NCBI GenBank assembly: GCA_048938895.1
Contig: JBHLLU010000042.1
Span: 1 to 36,050, forward strand
Origin: Promethearchaeota archaeon
GTDB lineage: Archaea; Asgardarchaeota; Lokiarchaeia; Sigyniarchaeales; SOKP01
Reading direction: 5' to 3'
DNA length: 36,050 nucleotides
The position numbers and the translations under genes are program-made. The notes beneath the pieces were generated by a model. It was given only the letters and a program-made list of their open reading frames with translations, had not been told where the DNA came from and did not search any database. Position 1 is the first letter of the stretch; the number at the start of each line of letters is the position of its first letter. Below, one piece after another: positions 1 to 9,028 of the stretch.

Positions 1-911
1 GTGTTTCCTATAAGTAAAGGAATATCTTTTGCGAAACCATTCCGAATGGCATCCAAAGGTAAAACTGGAATAGTTTCATCATCAAGTATAGGTCTAAAAG
101 GGAACAAAATTCGATGTTCTTTTGGATTTAATTTACCGAAAATTTCATGTTGAGCCTTATTTATTTCGGTCCAGTCTATCTCTCGTAATGAATCCATATC
201 CCCAATCTTAATTCCTAATACATCGAACAAGTCTTCTGAAGCTTTCTTACTTGGTGTATCATCATAAGCGTAAGGATGTGCAGTACCACTTTGAGGGATT
301 GCTTTATGGAATAAACCTCTAGCAGAAGGCATTGCCAATAATGATGTAACTGCTCTTCCACCAGAAGATTGGCCAAAAATCGTAACATTATTATGATCTC
401 CACCAAAATATCGAATATTATCTCTGACCCATTCAAGAGCACATACTTGATCTCGCAATCCGTTATTCTTTGTTAAACCCGGCCAATTAAAAAAACCAAA
501 TACCCCTAATCGATAATTGATTGTAACCAGAACAATATTACCTCTTGGTACCATTTTTTTTCCATACCCTTTACCATAACCCATGCCACCTGATCCAAAT
601 ACAAATCCCCCACCATGAATCCAAACCATTACCGGTCTTTTGGCATCATCAGCCTTAGGAGTAAAAACATTCAAGTATAAACAATCTTCAGAAGTATCTT
701 TAATAGCTCCTTGACCCCCGTCATATTGAGGAGCACTCTTTCCAAAACGACTAGCATCATAGACACCGTCCCATGCTTCGATTGGAAGGGGTGCACAGAA
801 ACGTAGTTCATTCATGAGTGGTTTAGCGTAACGAACTCCTAAAAATGATTGATAATTTGTTTCTTGAATGCCTTCGACTTTCCCTAAAGAAGTATTTACT
901 ATAACTCCCAT
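1..911 (-). CDS. Carboxylesterase type B (PnbA-like alpha/beta hydrolase), 3' end runs off the window
   Basis: Manual minus-strand translation from ATG 911 gives MGVIVNTSLGKVEG...FLGVRYAKP...SEDCLYLNVFTP...PVMVWIHGGGF...NYRLGVFGF...GLRDQVCALEWVRDNIRYFGGD..NVTIFGQSSGG (GxSxG nucleophile). It is missing from the ORF track because no stop lies inside the window. Confidence 0.95.
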   Translation of the reverse strand, partial: MGVIVNTSLGKVEGIQETNYQSFLGVRYAKPLMNELRFCAPLPIEAWDGVYDASRFGKSAPQYDGGQGAIKDTSEDCLYLNVFTPKADDAKRPVMVWIHGGGFVFGSGGMGYGKGYGKKMVPRGNIVLVTINYRLGVFGFFNWPGLTKNNGLRDQVCALEWVRDNIRYFGGDHNNVTIFGQSSGGRAVTSLLAMPSARGLFHKAIPQSGTAHPYAYDDTPSKKASEDLFDVLGIKIGDMDSLREIDWTEINKAQHEIFGKLNPKEHRILFPFRPILDDETIPVLPLDAIRNGFAKDIPLLIGN

Positions 912-1097
912 AATTATAAGATTCTCAATTTTATATATGTAAAGATTAGTTAAAGATTATTAAAGAACATTTTTTATATTTCTATGGCTGTTGTTTTTTA
1001 TAATATGACTGTAATAATATCCCCAGCATAGTTAGCTCTGATACCATATTTTTGAAAGATTAGGAAAATTCTTATTTTCTCTAAAATTTTGCTTATT

Positions 1098-2396
1098 ATG
1101 TCAGAAAAAATCTATATTATAGGTGCAGGAATGATACGTTTCGCCAAACTTCCAGGCAGAACTATGAAAAGTATGACTGGTGAATCGGTTGAGAACGCTT
1201 TAAAGGATTGTAACCTGAATAAGGGTGATTTAGAAGCAGCTTGGTTTAGTAATTCTGGTTGGGGTCAATCAGAGTATCAACATTGCATTAGAGGACAAGT
1301 AGCACTAAGTGTACATGGTATTGATAAAATCCCAATTACGAATGTAGAAAATGCTTGTGCGGGCGGAAGTAGTGCCTTTCACAATGCGTGGTTATCAGTT
1401 AAAGCGGGAGTTTATAATGTAGCCTTAGCAGTGGGAACAGAAAAAATGTATTTTGATAAACCACCTGTGGTGATTTCAGGTGGAATTAAGGGTATGGGTA
1501 GTATGTCTGGATTTATTGCAGGTACTGATGTTGAGGAGACTCTTAAAATGATCGGGCAATTAAAAAAACAAATCGAAGAAGGAAATAAACAAGCAGTTAA
1601 AGAGAAAGAAAAACACAGTAAAGAAGGAGGAGATAAACCACAAAAGAAAAAAGATCATTCTATCTTTATGGATTTCTATGCAATGGGCGCTCGTGCACAT
1701 ATGAAACGATATGGGACTACCCAGCGTCAGATTGCTGCTATTGCATCAAAAAATCATAATAATTCTACAATGAATCCATTAGCACAGTACACTTTCCCTC
1801 AAACAATTGAACAGGTTATGAATGATTATGTAGTAGCATATCCGCTGACAAGAGCTATGTGTGCTCCTACTGGAGATGGTTCTGCAGCTGCAATCGTCTG
1901 CTCTGAGCAATTTTTAAATGAGAATCCAAGTCTTAGAGACAGAGCTGTTTTAGTTCGAGCGTCAGTCTTAAGATCTGGTTCGCGACAGCCATTTAATGGA
2001 ATAAAATTAGCATCCGATATTGCTTACAAGCAAGCAGGTCTTGGACCAGATGACATTGACGTAGCTGAAGTTCATGACGCAACCGCGTATGCAGAGCTTC
2101 ATATTACTGAAGGATTGGGTTTCTGCCCTGAAGGACAGGGAGGTCCATTTGCTGAAAGCGGTGCTACAGCGCTTGATGGAAAAGTTGCTGTCAATCCTAG
2201 CGGAGGTTTATTAGCTCGTGGACATCCTATAGGTGCCTCAGGCTTAGCACAAATGTATGAATTGGTGACACAATTACGTGGAGAGGCAGGAGAAAGGCAA
2301 GTTAAAAATGCTAAAATTGCTCTTGCTCATAATGGAGGGGGTAATCTAGGCCCTGGAGAAGCTGCAATGTGTATACATATTTTTGAGAAAATTTAA
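1098..2396 (+). CDS. Thiolase family protein (SCP2-thiolase / non-specific lipid-transfer type)
   Basis: ENACAGG catalytic Cys, VAEVHDA and NPSGGLLARGHPIGASG motifs. ATG 1098 is preferred over TTG 1089. Confidence 0.93.
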   Translation: MSEKIYIIGAGMIRFAKLPGRTMKSMTGESVENALKDCNLNKGDLEAAWFSNSGWGQSEYQHCIRGQVALSVHGIDKIPITNVENACAGGSSAFHNAWLSVKAGVYNVALAVGTEKMYFDKPPVVISGGIKGMGSMSGFIAGTDVEETLKMIGQLKKQIEEGNKQAVKEKEKHSKEGGDKPQKKKDHSIFMDFYAMGARAHMKRYGTTQRQIAAIASKNHNNSTMNPLAQYTFPQTIEQVMNDYVVAYPLTRAMCAPTGDGSAAAIVCSEQFLNENPSLRDRAVLVRASVLRSGSRQPFNGIKLASDIAYKQAGLGPDDIDVAEVHDATAYAELHITEGLGFCPEGQGGPFAESGATALDGKVAVNPSGGLLARGHPIGASGLAQMYELVTQLRGEAGERQVKNAKIALAHNGGGNLGPGEAAMCIHIFEKI

Positions 2397-2461
2397 AAAC
2401 CTCTTTATTATCATATTCTCATATTTTGATGGAAAAATCAAAGATAGTTTAAGAAAAATTA

Positions 2462-2602
2462 TTAAATATAAGCTTTTACCTCTTTCTCCAATTTTAGCTT
2501 CTTTTCATATTTATAATATTCAGGATTCAATTGGAATAGTATTTTTAGTTCTTCTAATCTTTTTCGTCTTCTTTCGGGCTTAAAAATTTCTAATAATGAC
2601 AT
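2462..2602 (-). CDS. 46-aa small protein, LNPxY family copy 1 (MSLLEIFKPERRRKRLEELKILFQLNPEYYKYEKKLKLEKEVKAYI)
   Basis: Manual translation, ATG to TAA, with a GGTGAT RBS upstream. Clear paralog of 2874-3014 with the same length. Confidence 0.8.
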   Translation of the reverse strand: MSLLEIFKPERRRKRLEELKILFQLNPEYYKYEKKLKLEKEVKAYI

Positions 2603-2873
2603 TTTTCTTTATCACCCATTTTATTATTTTCCAAGTAACATAAATGAATATTCATGTATAAATATATGGTAAAAATTTCAGGTTTTGATCATTAATTATT
2701 GCTAATACAAAAAATCAACTGATCATTCTCATACGTATATTTTATTCATTTCTATAAAAAATAATTGAATAAGCATGATTCAAGATCAAAAAATGAGATA
2801 ATTTATATTCTAATAATAAATATTATACTAAATTATATAAATAAGATAATTAAAAATAGTTTAAAAAAAATAT

Positions 2874-3014
2874 TTAATAGGCTGGAGCTAAATCTCTCTC
2901 CAACTTTATCCTTTTCACTTCATTAAAGTATTGAGGATTTAATTGAAGTGTTACTTTTAATTCTTCTAATCTCTTTTTGTTTTTTTCCGGTCGAAAAATA
3001 TCAATTAATGACAT
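2874..3014 (-). CDS. 46-aa small protein, LNPxY family copy 2 (MSLIDIFRPEKNKKRLEELKVTLQLNPQYFNEVKRIKLERDLAPAY)
   Basis: Manual translation with an AGTGAT RBS-like element upstream. Differs from 2462-2602 largely by conservative substitutions. Confidence 0.8.
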   Translation of the reverse strand: MSLIDIFRPEKNKKRLEELKVTLQLNPQYFNEVKRIKLERDLAPAY

Positions 3015-3282
3015 ATTATTTTATCACTTCTTTTTACTATTTTCTATGATCTAAAAGATATAAACAAAATATAAATCTGTGGTATAAAATATATATACAA
3101 AACAAATAAGTTTATACTATTATAACAAATGGTTCTATATGAAATAGAAGTATGATATTTCCCAATATAGGATTATATCAATTATTTAGAAGAGTCTTTA
3201 ACACATTTTTATGTATAAACTTAAGTATTAACTTTGCATATATAAGTATAAATAAAATATTATATTCATCCTACTGGGAATT

Positions 3283-4173
3283 ATGGAAAGATTTTATCGA
3301 AAACTTCAAAAAATTGGTGGGTCATTAGTAGTTAGCTTACCTAAAAAATGGACTGAAAATTTTGAATTAGATGCAGGGGCGTCAGTTGGAATTGAAGTTC
3401 GAAATGATGGTACATTACTAATATTGCCAACGATGGAACAAGAAAATGAGGTGGTAAGTGAGGAAACAGTATTAGAGGCAGATGAATATGTTATTTGGGA
3501 GTTATTAAAGAAGAGTCTTGCAGGTCAAACCAAGATAACTATAACATCTGAAACTGAAATTAATAAAATTTTGAGAAAGTATATTAGACAGTATGTAAGC
3601 AGGCTTCCAAATACGGAAATTATCGAAGAGACTGATCACAGAATAGTTATTCAAAATTTTGGTTATAAAGAGATTCCAACTCAAAAGTTGATACAACGCT
3701 TATTATATTTAGTAGCCAACATGTTTGAAGATTTAGAAAATAAGTCCATTGATGATTTAAACGATAATTTTGAGCAATTAAGAAAATTTTATTTCATATT
3801 GGTTATCCATATTAGAACTTATCTCAGAACAGGAGTTTATATCTCTTCAACCAGTGAATTTACTCCGCTTGAAGCGATGGATTATCGTATGTTCTGTGAA
3901 AAAATTGAGGAAATAGGAGAATTTCTCAGAGATCTTCGTCTAAACGAGAATGTCTTAACTTTTTATAAGGAAATCGAACAATATTTTAATGAAGTTATGC
4001 ATGCCTTTTTGCAAAAAGATGACAAATTAGCATTTTTAGTATGGGTAAAAAAAGATCAACTCTTCAAGAAAGCAAATGAAGTAATGCAAGATTTTAATTA
4101 TAGGGATAAAGAGAAAATCAAAAGCATTATGAGAATCGCCCAAAATATTAAAGATATGGCCGCTTTGATCTAA
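3283..4173 (+). CDS. Archaeal-type phosphate uptake regulator-like protein (N-terminal AbrB/SpoVT DNA-binding domain + PhoU-like helical domains)
   Basis: The N-terminus RKLQKIGGSLVVSLPKKW...V.IEVRNDGTLLI.P is an AbrB swapped hairpin. The helical C-terminus contains AMDYRMFCEKIEEIGE, resembling PhoU repeats. Confidence 0.8.
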   Translation: MERFYRKLQKIGGSLVVSLPKKWTENFELDAGASVGIEVRNDGTLLILPTMEQENEVVSEETVLEADEYVIWELLKKSLAGQTKITITSETEINKILRKYIRQYVSRLPNTEIIEETDHRIVIQNFGYKEIPTQKLIQRLLYLVANMFEDLENKSIDDLNDNFEQLRKFYFILVIHIRTYLRTGVYISSTSEFTPLEAMDYRMFCEKIEEIGEFLRDLRLNENVLTFYKEIEQYFNEVMHAFLQKDDKLAFLVWVKKDQLFKKANEVMQDFNYRDKEKIKSIMRIAQNIKDMAALI

Positions 4174-4272
4174 ATAAATGAAGATCTATATTTAGAAATC
4201 ACATAAGTTTTTTTATTCTGCTAATGAATATAGCATATTTATATAAATACATAATTTTTAGTTTTACTTATA

Positions 4273-5055
4273 ATGATTTCATTCATAATCGGCGGGATAT
4301 TATTAATATTTATCCTCATTAGAAGATTCTCGAAAGATGGAAAAGTGACAGAATACCCTCTTGGAATGCCACGTGGAACTGTTCGTGCACTCATTACCCT
4401 CATGATTGTATCTTTTCCTTTGGGCTATTTAATAACTGGGGAAGAAATTCCTGGGTTGATAATTAATTCTATTTTTATTGTGGTTGCATTTTATTTTGAA
4501 ACACGGAGAAGTGAAAAGGAGAAACTTACGGAAATTGTAGAAGAATTAAAGGGATCTGATTTTATCATTAAAGAAATGAAAGAGAAAAAACCACTTTATC
4601 TACCAAAATACACTGTCAGGATTAGTCTAGTGATTATAATAATAGTAATTATTATCATTAAAATGCTAAAACCTAAATTTGTTTTTCAACAAACTAACAC
4701 TTTAGCGGATTTACTTTTAATTTTAGGCTTTTTCATAATCGGTTCTTTTTTCCGTGCGATTGGTAAGGTTAAGGAGAAAAGCAATATAAGAGAGCAAATT
4801 AAAGAAATGGATTCATCTCTTTCTGAAGCTAAAATTATAGAAAGTCTAATGACACGAGAACAAAGTTGGTTAAGGAGAACTGGTAAAAATATACTTTCCA
4901 TATTAGTTCTAATTGCTATTTTTGCAGCTTTGCTTTGTTACACAATTGAAATTGATTATACCTTGGTTACCTTAAAAGCTCTTGATGATTATCAATTTAC
5001 GGTGGTGGGGCTATTGTTAATATTAGTTAATGTCTATTTCGGCTTTAGAGACTAA
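4273..5055 (+). CDS. Multi-pass membrane protein with duplicated PLxxPxxTVR motif
   Basis: About 7 hydrophobic segments. YPLGMPRGTVRALI and KPLYLPKYTVRISL are repeated motifs. Confidence 0.8.
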   Translation: MISFIIGGILLIFILIRRFSKDGKVTEYPLGMPRGTVRALITLMIVSFPLGYLITGEEIPGLIINSIFIVVAFYFETRRSEKEKLTEIVEELKGSDFIIKEMKEKKPLYLPKYTVRISLVIIIIVIIIIKMLKPKFVFQQTNTLADLLLILGFFIIGSFFRAIGKVKEKSNIREQIKEMDSSLSEAKIIESLMTREQSWLRRTGKNILSILVLIAIFAALLCYTIEIDYTLVTLKALDDYQFTVVGLLLILVNVYFGFRD

Positions 5056-5141
5056 GTTTCTAATGGATGTGCTTACTATGGTTTTAAATATTAAAATAAA
5101 ATATTTTTTATAAATTTTTTTTCTCTTTTCTCACATATGAA

Positions 5142-6140
5142 TTATAGATGGAATTCAGTGCCTGTGACTCCTATTGTGTGAGCTGGATGACGAGCCATTA
5201 TTTTGTTAAAATTAAAACCAGTACAGTGCATTCCACATGTAATTGAAGGGTTCAATTGTTCAATAAAATCTACTTTCTGTTCTATTAACTCTTCTGAGTT
5301 CCATTCTTCATGAAATCCACCTATTATTGCATAGATTTTGTCTATTCCTGTTATTTTTTGAGCATGCTTTATTGTATTTACTACACCACAATGACCACAT
5401 CCCGTAATAATTACTAAACCTTTATCTTTTACGTTAATATAGATTGAAGTTTCATCTCGAAAAGTATGGGATAAATATTCCTTTCTGCTTTTCATGATAT
5501 AGACACCGGGTGTAGATTCACTAGGATCGCTTAGTTCAATTTCTCCACTTGTTATTATCCCCTCATATAGATTAATTGATTCGGTAGTTTCTATTAACTT
5601 TATTTTATGTTCATTAGTTAAATTAGAGACCATGGTTTTGTTTAGCAAGGGCAATTTTCGATTGATTGCAAATTCATCTTTCTCTTCCTTTAAAGCCATC
5701 GCCAATTTCTCCGCAGGGACGCTCTCTCCTGATTTCTTTACTGCAATATAAAACTGTTCATAACAGAGGGGATTTAAAAAAAACTCACAGCCTTCTTTTA
5801 ATAAAGGAATTACACTTGGTAAGCTTCCTCAATGATCAAAATGCCCATGGGACAAGACCATTTTATCTATCTCACTTAGATTTATATTAAACTGTTTGCA
5901 ATTTTCAATAATTGTTCCTGCTAACCCTGCCACATCAAATAAAATATTATGAACTTTTTCTCCATCATTAATTTTAATTAATACAGAAAGGCCGTGTTCT
6001 CCTTTAGCTCTATTTGCAGCAGCTCCAGGATACTTTACTTTTCCTATTAAATCCATCTTAGGCAACACAGTAAGACTGACTTCATTTGTAGTTAGTACTT
6101 TAATCATGAGGTTTCCTGATTCAATACTACCAATATCCAT
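5142..6140 (-). CDS. MBL-fold metallo-hydrolase (archaeal DHPS-like MBL family), interrupted by a single in-frame TGA at 5829-5831 (recoded codon, pseudogene or sequence error)
   Basis: Track ORFs 5829-6140 and 5142-5705 are in the same frame and the 41 codons between them are open. The joined protein has EHGLSVLI, ILFDVAG, VLSHGHFDH*GSL, RDETS, ITGCGHCG, IIGGFH and MHCTG motifs. Confidence 0.8.
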
Positions 6141-6247
6141 TTTTAATTTCGATCCATTTTTAAATTGAATAATTATTCAATCTAATTATTCATTTTATTT
6201 AAAACTTAACAGATTTAAATTTCTTCTTTATTTATGAAAGATTGATA

Positions 6248-6388
6248 ATGCGAAGAAAATGTAATATTTGCGGAATGATTAGAGCGCAGAAAGATTTAGT
6301 CTTATTGAATGACAAGTCCTTCATCTGTTTTTCATGCTGGAATAAAAATCTTAAGGAAAAGAGAAAAAATTCCAAAGAACTAGATTAA
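6248..6388 (+). CDS. 46-aa CxxC-CxxC zinc-finger micro-protein (MRRKCNICGMIRAQKDLVLLNDKSFICFSCWNKNLKEKRKNSKELD)
   Basis: Manual translation showing two CxxC knuckles. Its stop overlaps the stop of the convergent ORF (shared TTAA at 6385-6388). Confidence 0.7.
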   Translation: MRRKCNICGMIRAQKDLVLLNDKSFICFSCWNKNLKEKRKNSKELD

Positions 6389-6597
6389 TATGAACAAAGA
6401 TAAGTATATTTACCTAAATCAAATTTTTTAATTTTAATATCTTCTCCCGAATCTTCTCTTGGGATAAGAGGCATCTTAATTACAAATTTACAATTTTCTA
6501 GATAGATGTTGTTATAGAAAGTGTTTCGACAGGGATCCCAATCGATAAACTTCTGAATTCCCATCTCTTTTTTTTCTTCTGGTGGGATTAATGCCAT
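6385..6597 (-). CDS. Small hypothetical protein (70 aa)
   Basis: ATG start, soluble-protein composition, fills the intergenic gap, and has a convergent overlapping stop. Confidence 0.6.
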   Translation of the reverse strand: MALIPPEEKKEMGIQKFIDWDPCRNTFYNNIYLENCKFVIKMPLIPREDSGEDIKIKKFDLGKYTYLCSY

Positions 6598-6842
6598 ATT
6601 TTAATATCAAAACTTTTTATAATTGTGTTGAAACCTGAAATGAATGAAACCCTTAATTAATATGATTGAATAAGTGACAAGAATTATTCTGAATTCCCCA
6701 ATAGAGAATTTTCATTTATTGTCGGTAAATCGCGATATCAGTTAGTAAGTAACAAAAGAACTATAAAAAAGTTTCTATTTTCAATCATTTTTTTATTTTG
6801 GTCTTCATTCGAATATTGTAAACCATAGTAAATACAAAATCA

Positions 6843-7313
6843 ATGTCAAAATCAAAAGATAGAAACTTTAAATCTTTTATAGAGAAAGAAATAATAAATG
6901 ACACTAAAAAAGTAAAGGGTAGGAAAACAGCAATTGCTGAAATCGTTGAGAATACTCTTATTACTTTACCCGTAAAATTCATTTATGATATGAATGAAAA
7001 ATTAAAACATTTCTTTTTTATTATTGTAAAAAACCATTTAAAACACCCTAAAGTACGATATTTCCTAACCAACTCACTTGCAAACAATAGTTCTGATTTG
7101 CTAGTTCAACTGGTAAAAAAAAATGCTATATCAAACAACCTTAATATAATTCAATACTCAATTTATCCTAAAACTTATAGAACTCAATTATTAATAATGA
7201 AAGAAATTACAAATATCAAAGAATTTACTGATTCTATCGAATTACTCAAAAGAGTTCGAAAGGAGTTTCGAGAAACAATATCGAAATTAAGGAAACTTGT
7301 AGAAAATGAATAA
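6843..7313 (+). CDS. Hypothetical protein (156 aa, basic)
   Basis: Long ATG-initiated ORF co-oriented with pyk. No motif recognised. Confidence 0.7.
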   Translation: MSKSKDRNFKSFIEKEIINDTKKVKGRKTAIAEIVENTLITLPVKFIYDMNEKLKHFFFIIVKNHLKHPKVRYFLTNSLANNSSDLLVQLVKKNAISNNLNIIQYSIYPKTYRTQLLIMKEITNIKEFTDSIELLKRVRKEFRETISKLRKLVENE

Positions 7314-7423
7314 TTTATAAATAACACCACAATCAATATTTTATATCTTAAAGAGTTTTAAAGTAATTTTATATTATAAACTAATACAACTAAAATTAAA
7401 AATAATCAAAAGAAAATAGCAAT

Positions 7424-8893
7424 ATGTCGCTTAGAGAGAATACAGTTAAAATTATAAGTACGATTGGCCCTGCTTCCAGTTCTAAGCAAATGTTAAGAAG
7501 GTTAATTGAAGCGGGAGTTGATATATTTCGATTAAATTTCTCGCACGGAGCACATGAAGAAAAGAGAGAATTAGTTAAAAAAATAAGAGGAATTAATAAA
7601 TATACTGGAATTTTAGCAGATATTCAAGGACCAAAAATAAGAGTTGGAGTATTTAAGGATGATAATACTTATAGCTTACATATTGGTCAAGAAGTAAAAG
7701 TATATGAGAAGGAGATCGAAGGAGATCAGGATCAATTCTCGATACCTTTAAAAGGATTTCTAAAATCTATGAAAATTGGTAATGTTTTTTTTGTAAATGA
7801 TGGGATTATCAAAATTAAAGTAATAAATAAAGAAGAAGATCACTTAATAGGAGAAGTGATAGCTGGAGGTATGATAAGCAATAGAAAAGGAGTTAACATA
7901 CCTACCGGTGAATTACAACAAAAAGTACCTACGGAAAAAGACGTCAAAGATTTAGAGGTCATCGCTGAATTAGATCCTGAATATGTAGCAATCTCATTTG
8001 TTTCAGATGGTAGCGATGTTCTTCATGTTAAAAAAATACTAGAGAATTTTGGTAATGATAATATACAACTTATTTCTAAAATCGAGAGACCTGTAGCTCT
8101 GGATAACTTCGATGCGATACTGGAAGTAAGTGATGGCATAATGGTTGCTCGAGGGGATTTAGGAGTTGAAATTGATCCTGATAAAGTACCCTTAGAACAG
8201 AAAGAAATGATTTATAAATGCAATAAAGAGGGTAAACCGGTTATCGTGGCTACCCAGATGCTTGAATCTATGATTAATGCTCCTATCCCTACACGTGCAG
8301 AAGCCAATGATGTATTTAATGCTGTGTTTGATGGGAGTGATGCCGTGATGTTATCTGGAGAAACTGCTGTTGGTAAATATCCTATTAATGCGGTACAATA
8401 TATGAACCAAATTGCTAAAACCGCTACAGAAAATATGCCCCGAAGAGTTCCAGATGAATTTGATTCGGATAGATTAACACATACACAAACATTAGGGCAT
8501 GCAATTCATGCCTTGGCAGCTGAAATGCAAGAATTAAATTTTAGAGGCAAAATATTAGTTATCACGCGAAGAGGCTATGGGGCTAGAATGATTGCAAAAT
8601 ATCGCCCCCCATTACCAATAGTTGCGATAACTCCTTCCGTTAGAACAGCACGTGAGTTAGCCCTTGTCTGGGGGGTTCAACCGGTCCAAATAGAAAATAT
8701 AGATTTTTTCCATTTGGATGCTGAGGAAATTATTGAACAATCCGTAAAACATACTGTTAATATTAAACTCTTAGATGAGAATGAGCATGTGATTATATTG
8801 CTAGTCTCAAGAAAGTTTGAAAAAAGAGGTAATCTAGTGGGATTGTATTATGTGGGAGAAATTCTAGAGTCTAGTACCAAAGAAAGGGAATAA
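7424..8893 (+). CDS. pyk: Pyruvate kinase
   Basis: KIISTIGPAS, RLNFSHG, DIQGPKIR, KIER, MVARGDLGVE, ATQMLESM, PTRAE and DAVMLSGETA motifs. Confidence 0.98.
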   Translation: MSLRENTVKIISTIGPASSSKQMLRRLIEAGVDIFRLNFSHGAHEEKRELVKKIRGINKYTGILADIQGPKIRVGVFKDDNTYSLHIGQEVKVYEKEIEGDQDQFSIPLKGFLKSMKIGNVFFVNDGIIKIKVINKEEDHLIGEVIAGGMISNRKGVNIPTGELQQKVPTEKDVKDLEVIAELDPEYVAISFVSDGSDVLHVKKILENFGNDNIQLISKIERPVALDNFDAILEVSDGIMVARGDLGVEIDPDKVPLEQKEMIYKCNKEGKPVIVATQMLESMINAPIPTRAEANDVFNAVFDGSDAVMLSGETAVGKYPINAVQYMNQIAKTATENMPRRVPDEFDSDRLTHTQTLGHAIHALAAEMQELNFRGKILVITRRGYGARMIAKYRPPLPIVAITPSVRTARELALVWGVQPVQIENIDFFHLDAEEIIEQSVKHTVNIKLLDENEHVIILLVSRKFEKRGNLVGLYYVGEILESSTKERE

Positions 8894-9028
8894 ATCATAT
8901 TTCTACTTATTATCCTCCAAATAAGATTATTACTTAAATATTATAAAGATTATTCTATGTAATATCAATGTACAAAATTAATAATTTTTAAATAAGAAAC
9001 CTCCAAAATAAAGTTTTGAGGGATTAAA

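Noticed and set aside
215-442. 75-aa minus-strand track ORF
   Set aside because: Alternative frame inside the carboxylesterase gene.
2383-2583. 66-aa plus-strand hydrophobic ORF
   Set aside because: Antisense shadow of the better-supported 46-aa gene at 2462-2602.
5056-5141. SECIS element downstream of the TGA-containing MBL gene
   Set aside because: No convincing stem-loop with a GA quartet is visible by eye. The region is nearly all A/T. A covariance search is needed.
5666-5890. 74-aa plus-strand ORF between the two MBL fragments
   Set aside because: Antisense to the continuous MBL frame. It is not an insertion element.
6660-6760. Possible structured ncRNA in the 6598-6842 intergenic region (GACAA...TTGTC, AATTC...GAATT)
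   Set aside because: Only short AT-rich stems, with no tRNA or known RNA features. Not distinguishable from chance.
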